64,000 nt of DNA from Raja brachyura (GCA_963514005.1 OY740789.1:52824001-52888000); one strand, 5' to 3'; counted from the stretch's first letter, positions 37,995-50,577 are shown. A program made the numbers and translations. The notes: generated from the letters alone by a model not told the origin.

Positions 37995-38250
37995 AAAAGA
38001 TACAGTGCGGAAACAGGCCATACGCTAACACTATCCTACACACTAGGGACAATTTGTAATCAAAGCCAATTAACCTACAAAGCTGCACGTCTTTGGAGTG
38101 TGGGAGGAAACCGGAGGCCCGGAGGAAGCCGATGTGGTCACAAGGAAAACATACAAACTCTGCACAGACAGCACCCGTAGTCAGGATCAAACCCGAGTCT
38201 CTGGTGTTGTAAGGCAGCAGCTCTGCCACTGCACCATTGTGCCACCCCAA
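37995..38250 (-). mobile_element. HE1-like V-SINE
   Basis: Reverse-complement homology to 5038-5335. Confidence 0.85.
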
Positions 38251-39029
38251 GTAATCCTGTAGTTTCCTGGAGTCTGAACAGTTAGGTTGCATAAATAAGC
38301 ATCCTACCTATCAAGACAGGCTAAAAGAGTTGGGAGTCCACATGTTAGAGATGCATAATTTTAGGGGTGAACTGTTCAACTTCAATAAATAGACTTTTGG
38401 GTTATGGCGGACTCAAGGTTTAAAGGGGTCAGACTGGCAATGGAACTTAGATCATACCAGCTACGATCCTACCAAATTGTGCAGGTGCCTTGAGGGCTTT
38501 CTTGGCCGATTCCGAGCCCTACCTCTTAGTAGACCAAGCAACTACTATGGTCAACTATATGGTTCTTATAGTTGGTCAATATGGACCATATAGTTGTCCA
38601 TATTAGAAACTAAGTTGAACACTTGTGTGCCTATTGACGATTGATTAAATCTTTATAGATAAATCCAATGGAAACACTGCAAGGGTTGCTTCTCTCTGGA
38701 AGGCATTATTTTGCTCTGCACCATTTAACTTTTCTCTCCCGTGGCCGAGCACCCTCATGTGAGTGATTTCAGTCACTTTGACAGGGTCGATTAGGATATC
38801 CAAAATGTGGATTCCATTTTCCCCGTTTCCCAAGAGAAAAAGGAATAATATGCCAAACTGTCACATCACATTTAAGAAATATGCCCTTCTACAGTTATAT
38901 AAGGTTTTGGTGATAACACACCTGGAGTATTCTACACAGTTTTGGTCTCCTTCTATAACAGAAGGAAACGCTTGCTACAGAGAGAGTGCAGCAAAGGTTC
39001 ACTAGATATGTTATTGGATTGCAACTCTA

Positions 39030-39295
39030 TCAGAAGGGAGCTTGTCGGATGGCTTCCAATCTCCTCCATCCCCCCCCCCCCCCCCCCTTTGCCTTTTCAT
39101 CTCTAACCTATTACCTGCATGCGTTGTCCTGGCCCTCCTTTCTTCACGCTTTCTTTTCCCACCCATCGACAATCAGTCTCGACCTGAAAAGTCACCTATC
39201 CATGTTCTCCAGAGATGCTATCTGACCTGCTGAGTTACTCCAGCATATTGAGTCTTCTTTTGCAAACTAGCAGCTGCAGTTATTTGTTTCTATGT
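39030..39295 (+). mobile_element. Penelope 3'-region fragment (hammerhead core partly deleted)
   Basis: C-rich region then cagtctcgacctgaaaagtcacctatccatgttctccagagatgct. Confidence 0.65.
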
Positions 39296-41339
39296 GTCTT
39301 TTTTCTCCATACATCATATCCAATAGAACCCTTAATCACAATAAACTGCTAAATATTATTTGAGTTTGAGAGTATGCTCTAACGAGTACTAAGCTCATCA
39401 CTGTTATTCTAGGGTTGTATAGAATGGTGCTCTCTTCCCTTGTTACCCAGCAGGGGGGTGGGGTGCCTGCAGTCATGTGCAGAGGCAGGCCTGGTTCGCC
39501 TCTGTGAGAAGATAAGACTATTCGAAGAGCTTTTGTAACTTAGTGGGCACCAGAAATGTGGCGACTCTTTATATACTGCCTAGGCGAGGTCTGCTGCATG
39601 ATTTCACCGGATTGTATGCAAAAACAAAGAATTTCACTGTACCTAGATACATGTGGTAATAAAGCATAATTGACTCATTGGAGATTGAAATATGAGGATG
39701 AGGATTTCGCTCCTGTTTCGTTGAGGTAAGGGATTAATACACTTTTTCATACCCATCTCTAGTAATGACCCAGAAGGTGTTGTGCACTGTAAGTGATGTC
39801 CTATATACCTGTTGTACATTACACCATCTCAGTCATAACCCCCACCACGGCAACCCGGTGGCATCCAAAGGTCCAAACCAAGGTTGGTGGGGATGATTTA
39901 GGGTGGAACAATTGGAGCTCATTGGGGAGGGGGTTGCAACAGATGTGGCATCAGAGGATCAGAGACCAGAGAGGGCTGCTTGTGGAAGAGGCTGGTTACT
40001 GCATTCAAGCCCAATCAGGTCCAAGGGTGAGTGGAGTTCAGCTGACTGGAGACCAGCACCGGGTTAGTAGAAAGTTGGTTAGAAATGGTCTCTTGGGTGT
40101 TATAGTGTTGGAAGATGTGGTAAATGTAAGTGGTTAAGATGTCTGTGAAAGATATTGGGGTATTTGGAGGTTTGGGGAGGTGACAATTATGGAATCAACT
40201 AGGGAATCAGTGAAATGCTGGTCAGAATTTCAAATGATTGTGGGAATGGGGCCAGGGGATGGGGAATAGGGATTGACAGAGTCCAAAAAGCAGAATGTAA
40301 TGGGACTGCTATCAGTCCAAACCCAGTTGGCCACAGATGAGCTTAACTAAGGCAGTCACTTCTCAGAACAACCACGTGCAGAAGAAACATTTGACGCCTA
40401 TTCAATTGTTCATGGCACCCTGGTCCTTTGCATAATGAATCTTGCAGTGAATGGTTCTTCAGCATAACATTGAGTGGGCCTATAGCAGTTTAACTATTTA
40501 ATGCCCCGTGACAGTCACTGCTCAATGTCTGGCTAGGGGTCCCAAAACCATGCAATGAACCGATCAGAATGAAATAACTCAGACCATAACAATTTTCTCC
40601 TCAGGAAACAAGGTTGCCGGTTTAATGAAAGAGTAGGATGCATGCTGCAATATTCTCAGCCTGGAGACTGACAAGGCACAGCTTTGTTGTTTTGATCCCC
40701 CTTTCTGCCGTAGTTAAGCAGCCTTCTTGCACCAAACCGGCGCCTGACTGAGTACTCCTATTCATTTACTGCAACTTTTTGATGGACTGCTCAGTATTAA
40801 GGGTGTATCATATTTCTTGGTCCAAAGTTAGGATGTTCTGCGCTCCTGCTAGTTGCCGGGATACATTCAGTTTTGACACTAATAACAGGTCAACACCAAT
40901 AGTGCCTTTTTGCGGAATGCCAGATGTACATTTTAAACAAACTACAATCTAATTTGCTCTAACACTTGATGCCAAATCACAAAGGGGGAGGTCCACCCAC
41001 GGAGCAGGAATCCCCGGAGCAAACTTCTAAACCAACGCAGGTTTGAGATTTAAATGTAATTTTTGAAAAGTAAAAACTGGCTCATGACGGCTACAAAGAA
41101 GTGATTTAATTTTGGTGTTGTTGCTTATGTTACAGCTTTTATGTGGCCATGAACTCTTTGACACAGGTTAACACAAAGCTAGCAACATCTCCAGAGACAA
41201 ATACCTTCTACGAGGGTTTCCCACCACCACACAAATCATTACTGGAAATTGCCGGGGAATCAGTAACCGTTTCTCCAAGGACTAACAGTATGGTTCACAC
41301 TACTGAGCACTGAAGGGTAATTATCAATGGGAAAAGGCA

Positions 41340-41680
41340 AGAATAAAACAACAGCAACAATTTCAGGGGTGAGGCCTCGGCGGCAGCGGTGAAGCCTCGC
41401 GACGATGATGCCTCGGCAGCGGTGAAGCCTTGCGGCGGCGATGCCTCGTGGGTCGACTTGTAGTCGATGGCCGATGAGAGCGTGGAGAACCACTGTGAGG
41501 GGGGAGGGGAAGAACAATGGAGGACCCGGCGTGGGGGGACCGCGGTGAGGGGAGAGGGGAAGAACAATGGACAATCCGGGGGGGAACAAAGAACAATGGG
41601 GACCCGACGTGGACTGCTGTGGTGGAGGGGAGGGGGCACAAAAGGGGGAACCGGCGTGCTTTGTAACTTTGTCAGCGGCG
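41340..41680 (+). repeat. GC-rich repeat with internal imperfect tandem units, probably part of a non-LTR element
   Basis: cggcagcggtgaagcct x2, ggggaagaacaatgg x2 plus a variant; ends ctttgtaactttgtc like 39529-39545. Confidence 0.55.
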
Positions 41681-41925
41681 ATCATCCCATACACTTGCAC
41701 TATCCTACACACAAGGGACAATTAACAATTTTTACAATTTTACTGAAGCAAATTAACCTACACGTTATTGGAGTGTGGGAGGAAACTGGAGCACCCGTGG
41801 AAAATCCACATCATCTCACGGAGAATATACAAACTCTGTACAGACAGCACCCGTAGTCAGGATCGAATCCGGGTCTGCGGCGCTGTAAGGCAGCAACTCT
41901 GCCGCTGTGCCACTGGGCCACCCGT
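41680..41925 (-). mobile_element. HE1-like V-SINE
   Basis: ggagtgtgggaggaaac...gtcaggatcgaatccggg. Confidence 0.85.
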
Positions 41926-42947
41926 GCGGGTTACTAAAGTACAAACGGTGACAATATACAAGTTTACGTATAGAAAGGGGATTTTGAATCCCTATGGTGC
42001 TGCTTCACGTAACAGACACAGAGAATTAGTTCCAAAGTCTATTAACAGTCTTGGGCTTGCATTTTCTCCATAAAAGTTGTTTGTGAAGTTCACTCAAGAC
42101 GATGGGTGTACCGCCAGTATGATTGCCACATTCAAAGGAAATGTGAGAAATTGCACCACGAGTTTTTAAGTGCAGAATGCCAGAATCAGAATCTGTCAAC
42201 AGCCCCAATGCTAACAGCAATTTCTCCTATATTTGTCAATGCAGCAACGGGGAAGGTACCCCATCGTAATCCATCATGTATCCCGAGAGACGAGACAAGG
42301 TGCTATATAAATGCAAATTTTTTTTATCTTTTACTTGTGATATATATCAAGCAAGAAATCAAGATGACTAGCATACTTTGGTCAGGTCCCAACTTGTTCT
42401 TGATTCATTCTGGTACAGCCTTTCCTGTTTTGTGCAAATCTGCGTTTGAGCAATGATCCTGTCTGTCTTCCCCCTGGGATATAGGGTGAAACTAGTGTAT
42501 GTCAGCAAATTCTTTAACTCATTGTGGGTGCTCGAATTTTTAAAATCAAAGTTAACATGGGATTATATTGAGAAAATATCAACTTAAGCACCTGAATAAT
42601 TGAAGTAATTTCCAAGCAAATATTTAGTATTTGTTAGTTTAGAGAGATAGCATGGAAACAGGCGTTTCAGCCCACTAGGTTCATGCCGCCCCATTCGCAA
42701 TAGTTCTTAAACCTGGTTTATTTTTATTTTTTTATTCCCTTACCCTGGTTAAAAGACATTCACCCTATTCTCCTCATGAATTTATACTCTCTAAAATCAC
42801 CCATGAGCCTCCTGTGCCCCAAGGAATAAGGTTCTAGCCCATCCAACCTCTCTCTATAGCTCAGATCCTCAGGACCTTATAACAGCCTCATAAATCTTCA
42901 CATTATTCCAAATGTAGCCTCACCAACATCTTGTACGACAGCAACAG

Positions 42948-43410
42948 AGTTTTAGTTTCGTTTATTGTCACGTGTACCGAGGTACAGTGAAAAGCTTTTG
43001 TTGCATTTCACCAGTAAGCAGAAAGACTATATATGACTACAATTGAGCCATCCAATGTGTACAGATACATGATAAAGGGAGTAATGTTTAGTGCAAGGTA
43101 AAGTTCGGTAAAGTCCGATTAAAGATCGTCTGAGGTACCAATGCGGTAGATAGTAGCTCAGGACTGCTCTCTAGATGTTGGTAGTATGGGTTGACAGCGA
43201 GGACAAAACTGTCCCTGAATCTGGAGGTACACGTTTTCACACTCTTGCACGTCTTGCCTGATGGGAGAGGGAAGAAGAGGGAGTGACCAGAGTGAGACTC
43301 ATCCTTGATTATACTGGTGTCCTTGCCGATGCAGAGTGAAATGTAGATGGAGTCAATGGAAGGGAGATTGGTTTGTCTGATGGTCTAGGCTGCGCCTATA
43401 ATTCTTTGCA
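42948..43410 (-). mobile_element. Rex1/Babar-type LINE 3' end
   Basis: Minus translation LPSIDSIY...IIKDESHSGHSLFFPLPSG...TSRFRDSF aligns with the C-terminus of ORF 45776..46600. Confidence 0.85.
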
Positions 43411-43851
43411 ATCCCACCTTCTATACTCAGTATCCTCACTAATGAATGTACCAGCAGCCTTCCTAGCTGTTTGCAGATTAGGGAAGAAACGTGGGCTTAT
43501 GGACTATATAAGTGTATGCTGTGAGCGAGCTCACTGGACTTCATCTAGGGCTGGGACTGGAATGGTGCCAGGACCCTCGAGTTATCTATGCCAGGCTACT
43601 GTGAAGGAGTCCCCAGTGTGCAGAAGACTCGGGACTTGTTGCTATCAACTGCCACTCCTATCAGTGAAGACCGAATGAGCAGAACACTTGCGATTAATTT
43701 AATCCTTTATAAACCTTTTACTGTATTTCACTATACTTTAATAACCTGTTGTAACTTTGGAGTGTTCTTTCTCCATTATTGACCCAAATTCTGAAAACCC
43801 GCCTGTATGATTACAAAGCCCAAGTCCTAATCATTTCTACATTCAAAGGAA

Positions 43852-44500
43852 ATAGAAACATAGAAACATAGAAACTAGGTGCAGGAGTAGGCCATTCGGC
43901 CCTTTGAGCCTGCACCGCTATTCAACATGATCATGGCTGATCATCCAACTCAGTATCCCGTACCTGCCTTCTCTCCATACCCTCTGATCCCCTTAGCCAC
44001 AAGGGCCACATTTAACTCCCTCTTAAATATAGCCAATGAACTGGCCTCAACTACCCTCTGTGGCAGAGAGTTCCAGAGACTCTGTGTGAAAAAAGTCTTT
44101 CTCATCTCGGTCTTATCCCCCTTATCCTTAAGCTGTGACCCCTTGTCCTGGTTACCAATCTTTTGGTAAACTCCACTGAACACTTCCCTCTAGACTGTGA
44201 CACAATCTTTTATGGATCACATCTTGTTTTCTATTACCTGGCCAATTTTCCATTCCCATTGCCACCGTCTCTTTTACACCACAGACGTCAATCTTGATCA
44301 GGTGCCTATTATGTGGTGTTTCTCAAACGCCTGATGGACATCAATATATACCATATCAACCACATTTCCCTCATCAACACTCACTGTAACTTCATCAAAA
44401 GAACCTATCACGTTAGTTGAACATGATTTGTATTTGATAAATCCACGTGGCTTTCACTCATCAATCCACTCCTGCCTAAGTGACTACTAATTTTGTCTCT
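43852..44500 (-). mobile_element. CR1 3' end (43852-44150) and older CR1 RT fragment (~44230-44500)
   Basis: (atagaaac)n tail, FFTQSLWNSLPQRVVEA...; second piece resembles KSC.TN..FFDEVT..VDEG..VD. Confidence 0.8.
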
Positions 44501-44521
44501 GATTAATATTACTCTTCAGCT

Positions 44522-44810
44522 TTGAGATATAGCTTCAGCCCACCGAGTCCATGCCGACCATCGATCATCCATACACTAGTTCTGTTATCCAATTTTCACA
44601 ACCTACACACAAGAGGCAATTTTACAGAAGTCAATTATCCTAAAAGGTTGCACGTCTTTGGAATGTGGGGTGAAATCAGGGCACCTGGAAGAAACCCACG
44701 TGGTCACAGAGATAAATTACAAACTCCATACAGACAGCACCCATGGTCGGGATCGATCCAGGCCTCTGGCACTGTAAGGCAGCAACTCCATCACCCTGCC
44801 ACTGTGCACT
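44522..44810 (-). mobile_element. HE1-like V-SINE
   Basis: Reverse-complement homology to 5038-5335. Confidence 0.8.
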
Positions 44811-45105
44811 GACACTGTTATTGCCAGAACCTTCCTGTCATCCGATCTTAAGCTGCCCGGTCGGTTATAGTTCCTGTGGTCACCCTTTTTATATAAGGCT
44901 GTAATATTTGCAGCAAGTCACTGTTCAGCCATCACTTGTCTGGTAGTGTATGGCCAGAGCCTCTGCAACGCACTCCCTCAGTTCCCTCAACAAGCCCAGG
45001 GCAGCACAGTGGCGCAACTGGTAGATCTGCCTCCCACAGCGTCAGAGTCCCGGGTTTGAACCTGACCTCAGTTGCCGTCTGTGTGCAGTTTGCATTTTTT
45101 ACCTA

Positions 45106-46939
45106 TGTAGTGACAGATGTTTATAGCATTTCAAGGATTTAGTCCTTTAGTCACTATAATTGAAGACAGGGGATCAGAAGATAATCGATACGCACCCACA
45201 AGCGCTCCACGAGACACTCAATGCCATCGAAAGATGAATCTTCCAAACACAGTCTCTCGATTAATAGCTTATTTATTGTAGTAGTAAAAACAGTAAGATA
45301 TTCATCCAAACTTCTTCTTGTATAAATACATTTCAATTCAATAGTGGTCATGCTCGTCCATGGTCGAAAGCTATGACCTCTCCCCCATTCTTCTTCAAAC
45401 TAAACTAACTACTAGTTAGTCTAAAGTCACCAACCTGAATGACTACCGCCCGGTTGCCCTAACTCCAATACCAACAAAGTGCTTTGAAGGGCTGGTCCTC
45501 TCCCACATCAAATCCAACATCCCTGCATCATTGGACTCTCATCAATTTGCATACAGGGCAAATAGATCCACAGAGGATGCCATCTCTGTGGCTCTTCACA
45601 CTGTCCTGACCCACCTGGAAAGACAGGGCACCTACGTGAGGATGCTCTTCATTGACTATAGCTCTGCCTTCAATACGGTCATCCCACTAAGCTCACCACC
45701 AAACTCCACCAGCTAGGCCTCAGCTCACTGATATGCGATTGGATCCTGAATTTTCTGACGGAGCGACCACAGGCAGTGAGACTGGGGCCGCACCTATCCT
45801 CCACTATCACCCTGAGCCCCGGCACACCACAGGGCTGTGTACTGAGCCCCATGATCTACTCCCTCTTCACCCACGACTGTGTCCCTGCATTTGACAACAA
45901 CACCAATGTCAAGTTTGCAGATGACACAACGGTGATCGGGCTGATCACCAATGGTGATGAAACAAACTATAGAGCGGAGGTGCAGAACCTGGCAGACTGG
46001 TGCTCACGGAACAACTTGTTGCTAAACACCTCCAAGACCAAGGAGCTGAATATCGACTTCAGGAGGTCACAGAATGGGGAATACGCCTCAATCTCCATCT
46101 ACGGAGACAGTGTGGAGAGAGTGTCCAGCTTCAAGTTTCTGGGTACTCACATCTCAGAGGACCTCACATGGTCCATCAACACCGCTGCACTGGTCAAAAA
46201 GGCACAGCAACAACTGTTCTTCCTAAGAACATTGAAACGGACTGGTCTGCCCCAACAGCTGCTGACGACCTTCTACCACTGCACCACAGAGAGCATACTA
46301 ACATATGGCATCTCTTTGTGGTATCTCAACTGCACGGAGGCGGAGAGGAGAGCTCTTCAGCACGTTGTCCACAGAGCGCAACAGATTATTGGGACACCGC
46401 TACCAGCCTTGGAGGGCATCTACCACACACGGTGCCTCAGGAAGGCCTTCAGCATACATAAAGACTCCTCTCACCCTTGTAATGAACTGTTCGAACTACT
46501 CCCTTCCGGCAGACGTTACAAGGCCTCCTACGCCCGCACTACCAGACTCAGGAACAGCTTCATTCCCAGAGCTATAGCGGCTCTGAACCGGCCCTGCTGA
46601 GTGCCCCCCCCACTCCCATGGACTGTCTCCCCCGGCCTCGCACTTTAGTCTGTATTGACGTTACTGGTCAAATGTTCGTTTTTACAAACCTTGTTCTCGG
46701 GGGTTGCAAACCGAAATCTCGAAGTTGCTAACCAAATCTTGTTGCACTTTTGTGTAATGACAATAAAAGATATTATTATTATTATTATTATTATTACTAG
46801 TGTGTCATTGCGAGAATCCCAGCCACAAACACGCCTCAAGACTACATATAAATCCCACCCACATAATTACAGGCAGATAAAATTTAAAGGTAACTGGTTA
46901 TAGTTATAACATACTGAGTTGAGCTAAATAGCTACTACA
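45106..46939 (-). mobile_element. Solo LTR (~450 bp) interrupted by a LINE
   Basis: Ends TGTAGT...ACTACA (TG/CA, 6-bp inverted); 5-bp TSD accta at 45101-45105 and 46940-46944; AATAAA on minus near 45272 suggests orientation. Confidence 0.75.
45417..46794 (+). mobile_element. 5'-truncated Rex1/Babar-type LINE (RT C-terminal half, one frameshift near 45685)
   Basis: [50 protein letters not shown] motifs; AATAAA and (TAT)n tail; candidate TSD tactagt at 45410-45416 and 46795-46801. Confidence 0.9.
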
Positions 46940-47149
46940 ACCTATGTGACCGTGTGTGTTTCCTTCGGTTACTCCAGTTTCCTCCCACATCCCAAAGACA
47001 CATCCCAAAGGGTCGGTAGGTTAATTGGCTGCTGTAAATTGCCCTTAGGGTACAGAGTAGATAAGAAAGTGGCTGAACATAGAACCTGTGTGAACAGGTG
47101 ATCGATGGTTACTGTAGACTAGGTGGAACTTGAACAGATCTTTAAACTG

Positions 47150-47520
47150 GTTTAATTAATTACTCATGTGTACTGAGGTACAGTGAAAAGCTTTTTGTTG
47201 TGTGCTATCCAAACAAGACTATACCTGATTACAATCCAGCTGTCCACTGTGTACAGATAAAGGATAAATGGTACAACATTTAATGCAAAATAAAGTCTGA
47301 TTAAAGATACTTCAATGGTCTTAAATTAGATAGATGTGGGAAGGTCAGAATTGCATTCTAGCTGGTGAGAGGACCATCCAATTGCCTGATAACAGCTGGG
47401 AAGAAAATGTCCCTGAATCAGAACATGTGCATTTTCAAACTTCTGTGCTTCTTGACTGATAGGAGAGGGGAGAAGAAGGAGTGATTGGGGTGAGATTCCT
47501 CCTTGGTTATTGTCGGCCAG
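47150..47520 (-). mobile_element. Rex1/Babar-type LINE 3' end
   Basis: Homologous to 42948-43410. Confidence 0.8.
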
Positions 47521-47559
47521 TGCCTTCTCATTAGAAACTTTTAGCTCATCAAGGATCTC

Positions 47560-48490
47560 AATCACTGTTTCCTTTGCTGAGACTCAAGCTACATTTTACT
47601 CCTTGACTACTCATTTGGAACCATAGCCAATGTCCTTCTTCTCCACGAGTCAATTTCCAGTCCAATATCTTATCAGCTCCACAATCCTTTTTTACAATAC
47701 TTTTTTATTTACTTACCTATATAATATTTTGGATTCCCTTTTATGTTTGTGGCCAATCTTTTCACATGGCCTCTTTCCTATTTTCTTTTTCACTTCCCCA
47801 TAAATGTCTCACTTGTACATTGGCCCTATTGTGTAGGATGCTAAACTAGGATGCCATAGAACTAGTGTGTAGGTAATGGATGGTGTGGATTCGCTGGGCT
47901 GAAGGGTCTATTTCCATTCTGTATCTCTAAACTAAATTAGAAGTAAACTAAGTGGAGCAAGTACTTGGTTTTCACTTTTGTCGTCAAGCCTGGCATCTGC
48001 TGTGCGCTTCTCTTCTCTGTTCTGATTTAATCTCTACTTCTGTTTTGGTCATCCACTGAGCTCTGACTTCAGTTTTCCCTCATGGGAATGTAATTCAATT
48101 GTGGCTGAAACATCTGCACTTTAACAGGCTTCCTCTGTTCAATTACACTTTTTGCCTGCCCAGCACTGAATTCAATTCATCCAAGCTAGATTTGTTCTCA
48201 TGCCAATGAAATTGGCCTTTATCCAATTGATTAGTTTTACCTCAGAGAGGCTGAGATTATTTCCCATGGCTATTCTACACGTGATATTATGATCGCTCTT
48301 TCCTAGATGCTCCCCCAGTGGTACTTGTTCCACTTGGCCTGGCTCATTTCCCAGAAACAAGTCGAGCAATGCTGTCTTCCTCATTCAGCCAGAAACACAC
48401 CGAAAGAGAATATTCTCTTGAACACCCTTCAGAATCTCATCCCTTACTTAGTTCCTTAAGTTATTGCGGCTCCAATCTATATTCATGGAG
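47560..48490 (-). mobile_element. Degenerate CR1 ORF2 fragments (endonuclease end and linker), with a SINE tail at ~47810-47945
   Basis: LLDLFLGNEPGQV...GEHLGKSDHN in ORF 48172..48384. Confidence 0.75.
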
Positions 48491-48704
48491 TTTAGGGTGG
48501 CACAGTGGCGCAGCTGGTAGAGTTGTTGCCTTGCAGTGCCAGAGATCCGGGTTTGATTCTGATTACGAGTGCTCTCTGTATGGAGTTTGTACGTGGGGTT
48601 TCCCCGAGTACTCTAGTTTCCTCCCACATTACAAAGACATATAGCTTTGTAGGTTAATTGGCTTTGGTAAATTGTAAATTGTCCCTAGTGTATAGGATAG
48701 TGTT

Positions 48705-48838
48705 CTTCTTGCATATGGCGTGCACAGCCTAAAGTTGTAGGTCAACGTGTTCTATTTAATCTATTTGTTTCTGCACATCGGGTTGATTGCATTAGTCAAA
48801 ACAGGGTGGACCACGTGAAGGTTCCAATCTCCCACTCC
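48705..48838 (-). mobile_element. Short non-autonomous retroposon, copy 2 (HDV-like ribozyme head, (GAA)n tail)
   Basis: 11-bp TSD aggatagtgtt at 48694-48704 and 48839-48849; interrupts a V-SINE. Confidence 0.9.
48785..48838 (-). ncRNA. HDV-like self-cleaving ribozyme motif, copy 2
   Basis: GGAGTGG-GA-GATTGGA-ACC-TTCACGT-GGT-CCACCCT-G-TTTTGA-CTAA-TGCAATC; canonical 7-nt L3 and CUAA J4/2; one mismatch each in P1 and P2. Confidence 0.78.
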
Positions 48839-49269
48839 AGGATAGTGTTAATGTTCAGGGTGATTGCTGGTCGACATGGACACGGTGGGCCGAAGCGCCT
48901 GTTTCCAGGCTGCATTGCTGTAAAGCAATAATGGAATGACCTTAGTGACTTTAAAGTCTCTTAACATTCTCATCACTTTAAAGTCTCTAAAGTCATTCCA
49001 TCATTGCTTCACTGTGTCCATTGTGCATCTCTGCAATTTTCCTGCAGATTTGCTTATCAATATCCCACCAGCTGGTGATTTACAGAACAATCCCAATGAT
49101 CGTAATGAGCCTTAACCAGTGAATATGAGGTCCTCCAGAGGGTCCAGGCATGATATGATGACAGACTCGTGTAGATGGGGCATGTTGATCGACGTGGACA
49201 ATTTTGGTTGATGGGCCTGTTTCCACACTATCTGACTCTATGGCTCTATTGATGTATTGATTGTAAGTG

Positions 49270-49782
49270 ACCAGTGATCACCCCGTAGACTAGCACTATC
49301 TTGCATACAATTTTTACCAAAGCCAATTAACCTGAACTTCTTTGGAGTGTGGAAAGAATCTGGAGCAGAGAAAACCCATGTGGTCTCAGGGAGAACATGC
49401 AAACTCCATACAGCCAACACCCGTAGTCAGGATTGAACCTGGGTCTCTGCCATTGTAAGGCAGCAACTCTACAACTATTCCAATATGCCGCCCTGAACCC
49501 AATCTACCTGAACCCATTTCATTTCCCCCACATTCCCATCACTTCCCCACTCTAGATTCTACCCTTCATTAGCATACTGGGGGCAATTTACAGTGGTTAA
49601 TTAACATACCAACCTGCACGTCATTTTTTGGGGGCTGGAACTGGGGCGCCCAAAGGAAACAGAGTGCATAGTCACAGGGTGAACACGCAAACTCCACACA
49701 GACTACACCAGAGGTCAGGATTCAACTCGGGTCACTGGAGCTGTGAGGCAGCAGCTCTACTAGCTGCACCACTGTGCCGCCT
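49270..49782 (-). mobile_element. Two adjacent V-SINE copies (~49270-49495 and ~49560-49782)
   Basis: Two B-box/head regions: ggattgaacc...gccgccc and ggattcaactc...ccactgtgccgcc. Confidence 0.8.
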
Positions 49783-50089
49783 AAATAGGGATGAAGTGAA
49801 TGTGTCATGGTTTGAACAAACAGCTATGTCTGTAATTCATTTGTAACATAATAATGTAGCCCAATAAAGAACACAGTCTCCAAATTGACGATTGGGATAA
49901 TTAATCAGCAACAGGCCACATTCAGTCCTTAGCTGGAACTACAATAGTGGATGCTAAAGTCAGTCTTGAGACACTCGGATTAAAACTGGAAATGTTGTCC
50001 AATATTGTCTGTAGTCCAGTGATATCCATGGGATAATGTGCATTTTCATTGCACTGGAGCAGGCGATTAGCTACAATAATGGACAAACC

Positions 50090-50545
50090 CTCAGAAAATT
50101 TGGCAGGAATTCCATAAGTACATTAATATAATAAGTGGCAGGACCCTGAGGAGCATTGATGTACCAATAGATTTTGGGATGCAAATCTATAGCTCCCTAA
50201 AAGTAGCAACACAATTAGATAGGGTGGTAAAGAATCTGGGTGCTTACTTGTCCAGCAGTCGGGGCACTGAACATAAAGGTCGGGAGGAACTGATCCAGCT
50301 CCATAAAACTTTGGATATACATTTGGAGTATTGCTTTTAGTTTTGGTTGCCCCACTTCAGGAAGAACATGGAGGCTTTGGAGTGGATGGTTTGCATGATA
50401 TTGTCTGAATTTGGGAGTTTCAGCTATAAGGAATGGTTGGACAAATTAGTATTGTTATATTTGCAGTGTCAGAGACTGTGGTTCAACTGATGATCATATA
50501 TAAAATTATGAGGAACACAAATATGATAGATAGTCAGAGGTTTTT
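50090..50545 (+). mobile_element. Degenerate CR1 ORF2 C-terminal fragment
   Basis: catttggagtattg...ttttggttgccccac (HLEY..FW.P) and tataaaattatgagg (YKIMR). Confidence 0.75.
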
Positions 50546-50577
50546 TTCCCATTTTTACATTTTTAGCTTTCATTTTT

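Larger units (their letters stand above)
44998..47130 (+). mobile_element. V-SINE split into 44998-45105 and 46945-47130 by the LTR/LINE insertion
   Basis: tRNA-like head ggcagcacagtggcgca...gggtttgaacctgacc; core resumes tgtgaccgtgtg...ctccagtttcctcccacatcccaaagac. Confidence 0.85.
48494..48915 (+). mobile_element. HE1-like V-SINE interrupted by HDV-ribozyme element copy 2
   Basis: Head ggtggcacagtggcgcagctggtagag; tail ggtgggccgaagcgcctgtttcc resumes after 48849. Confidence 0.88.
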
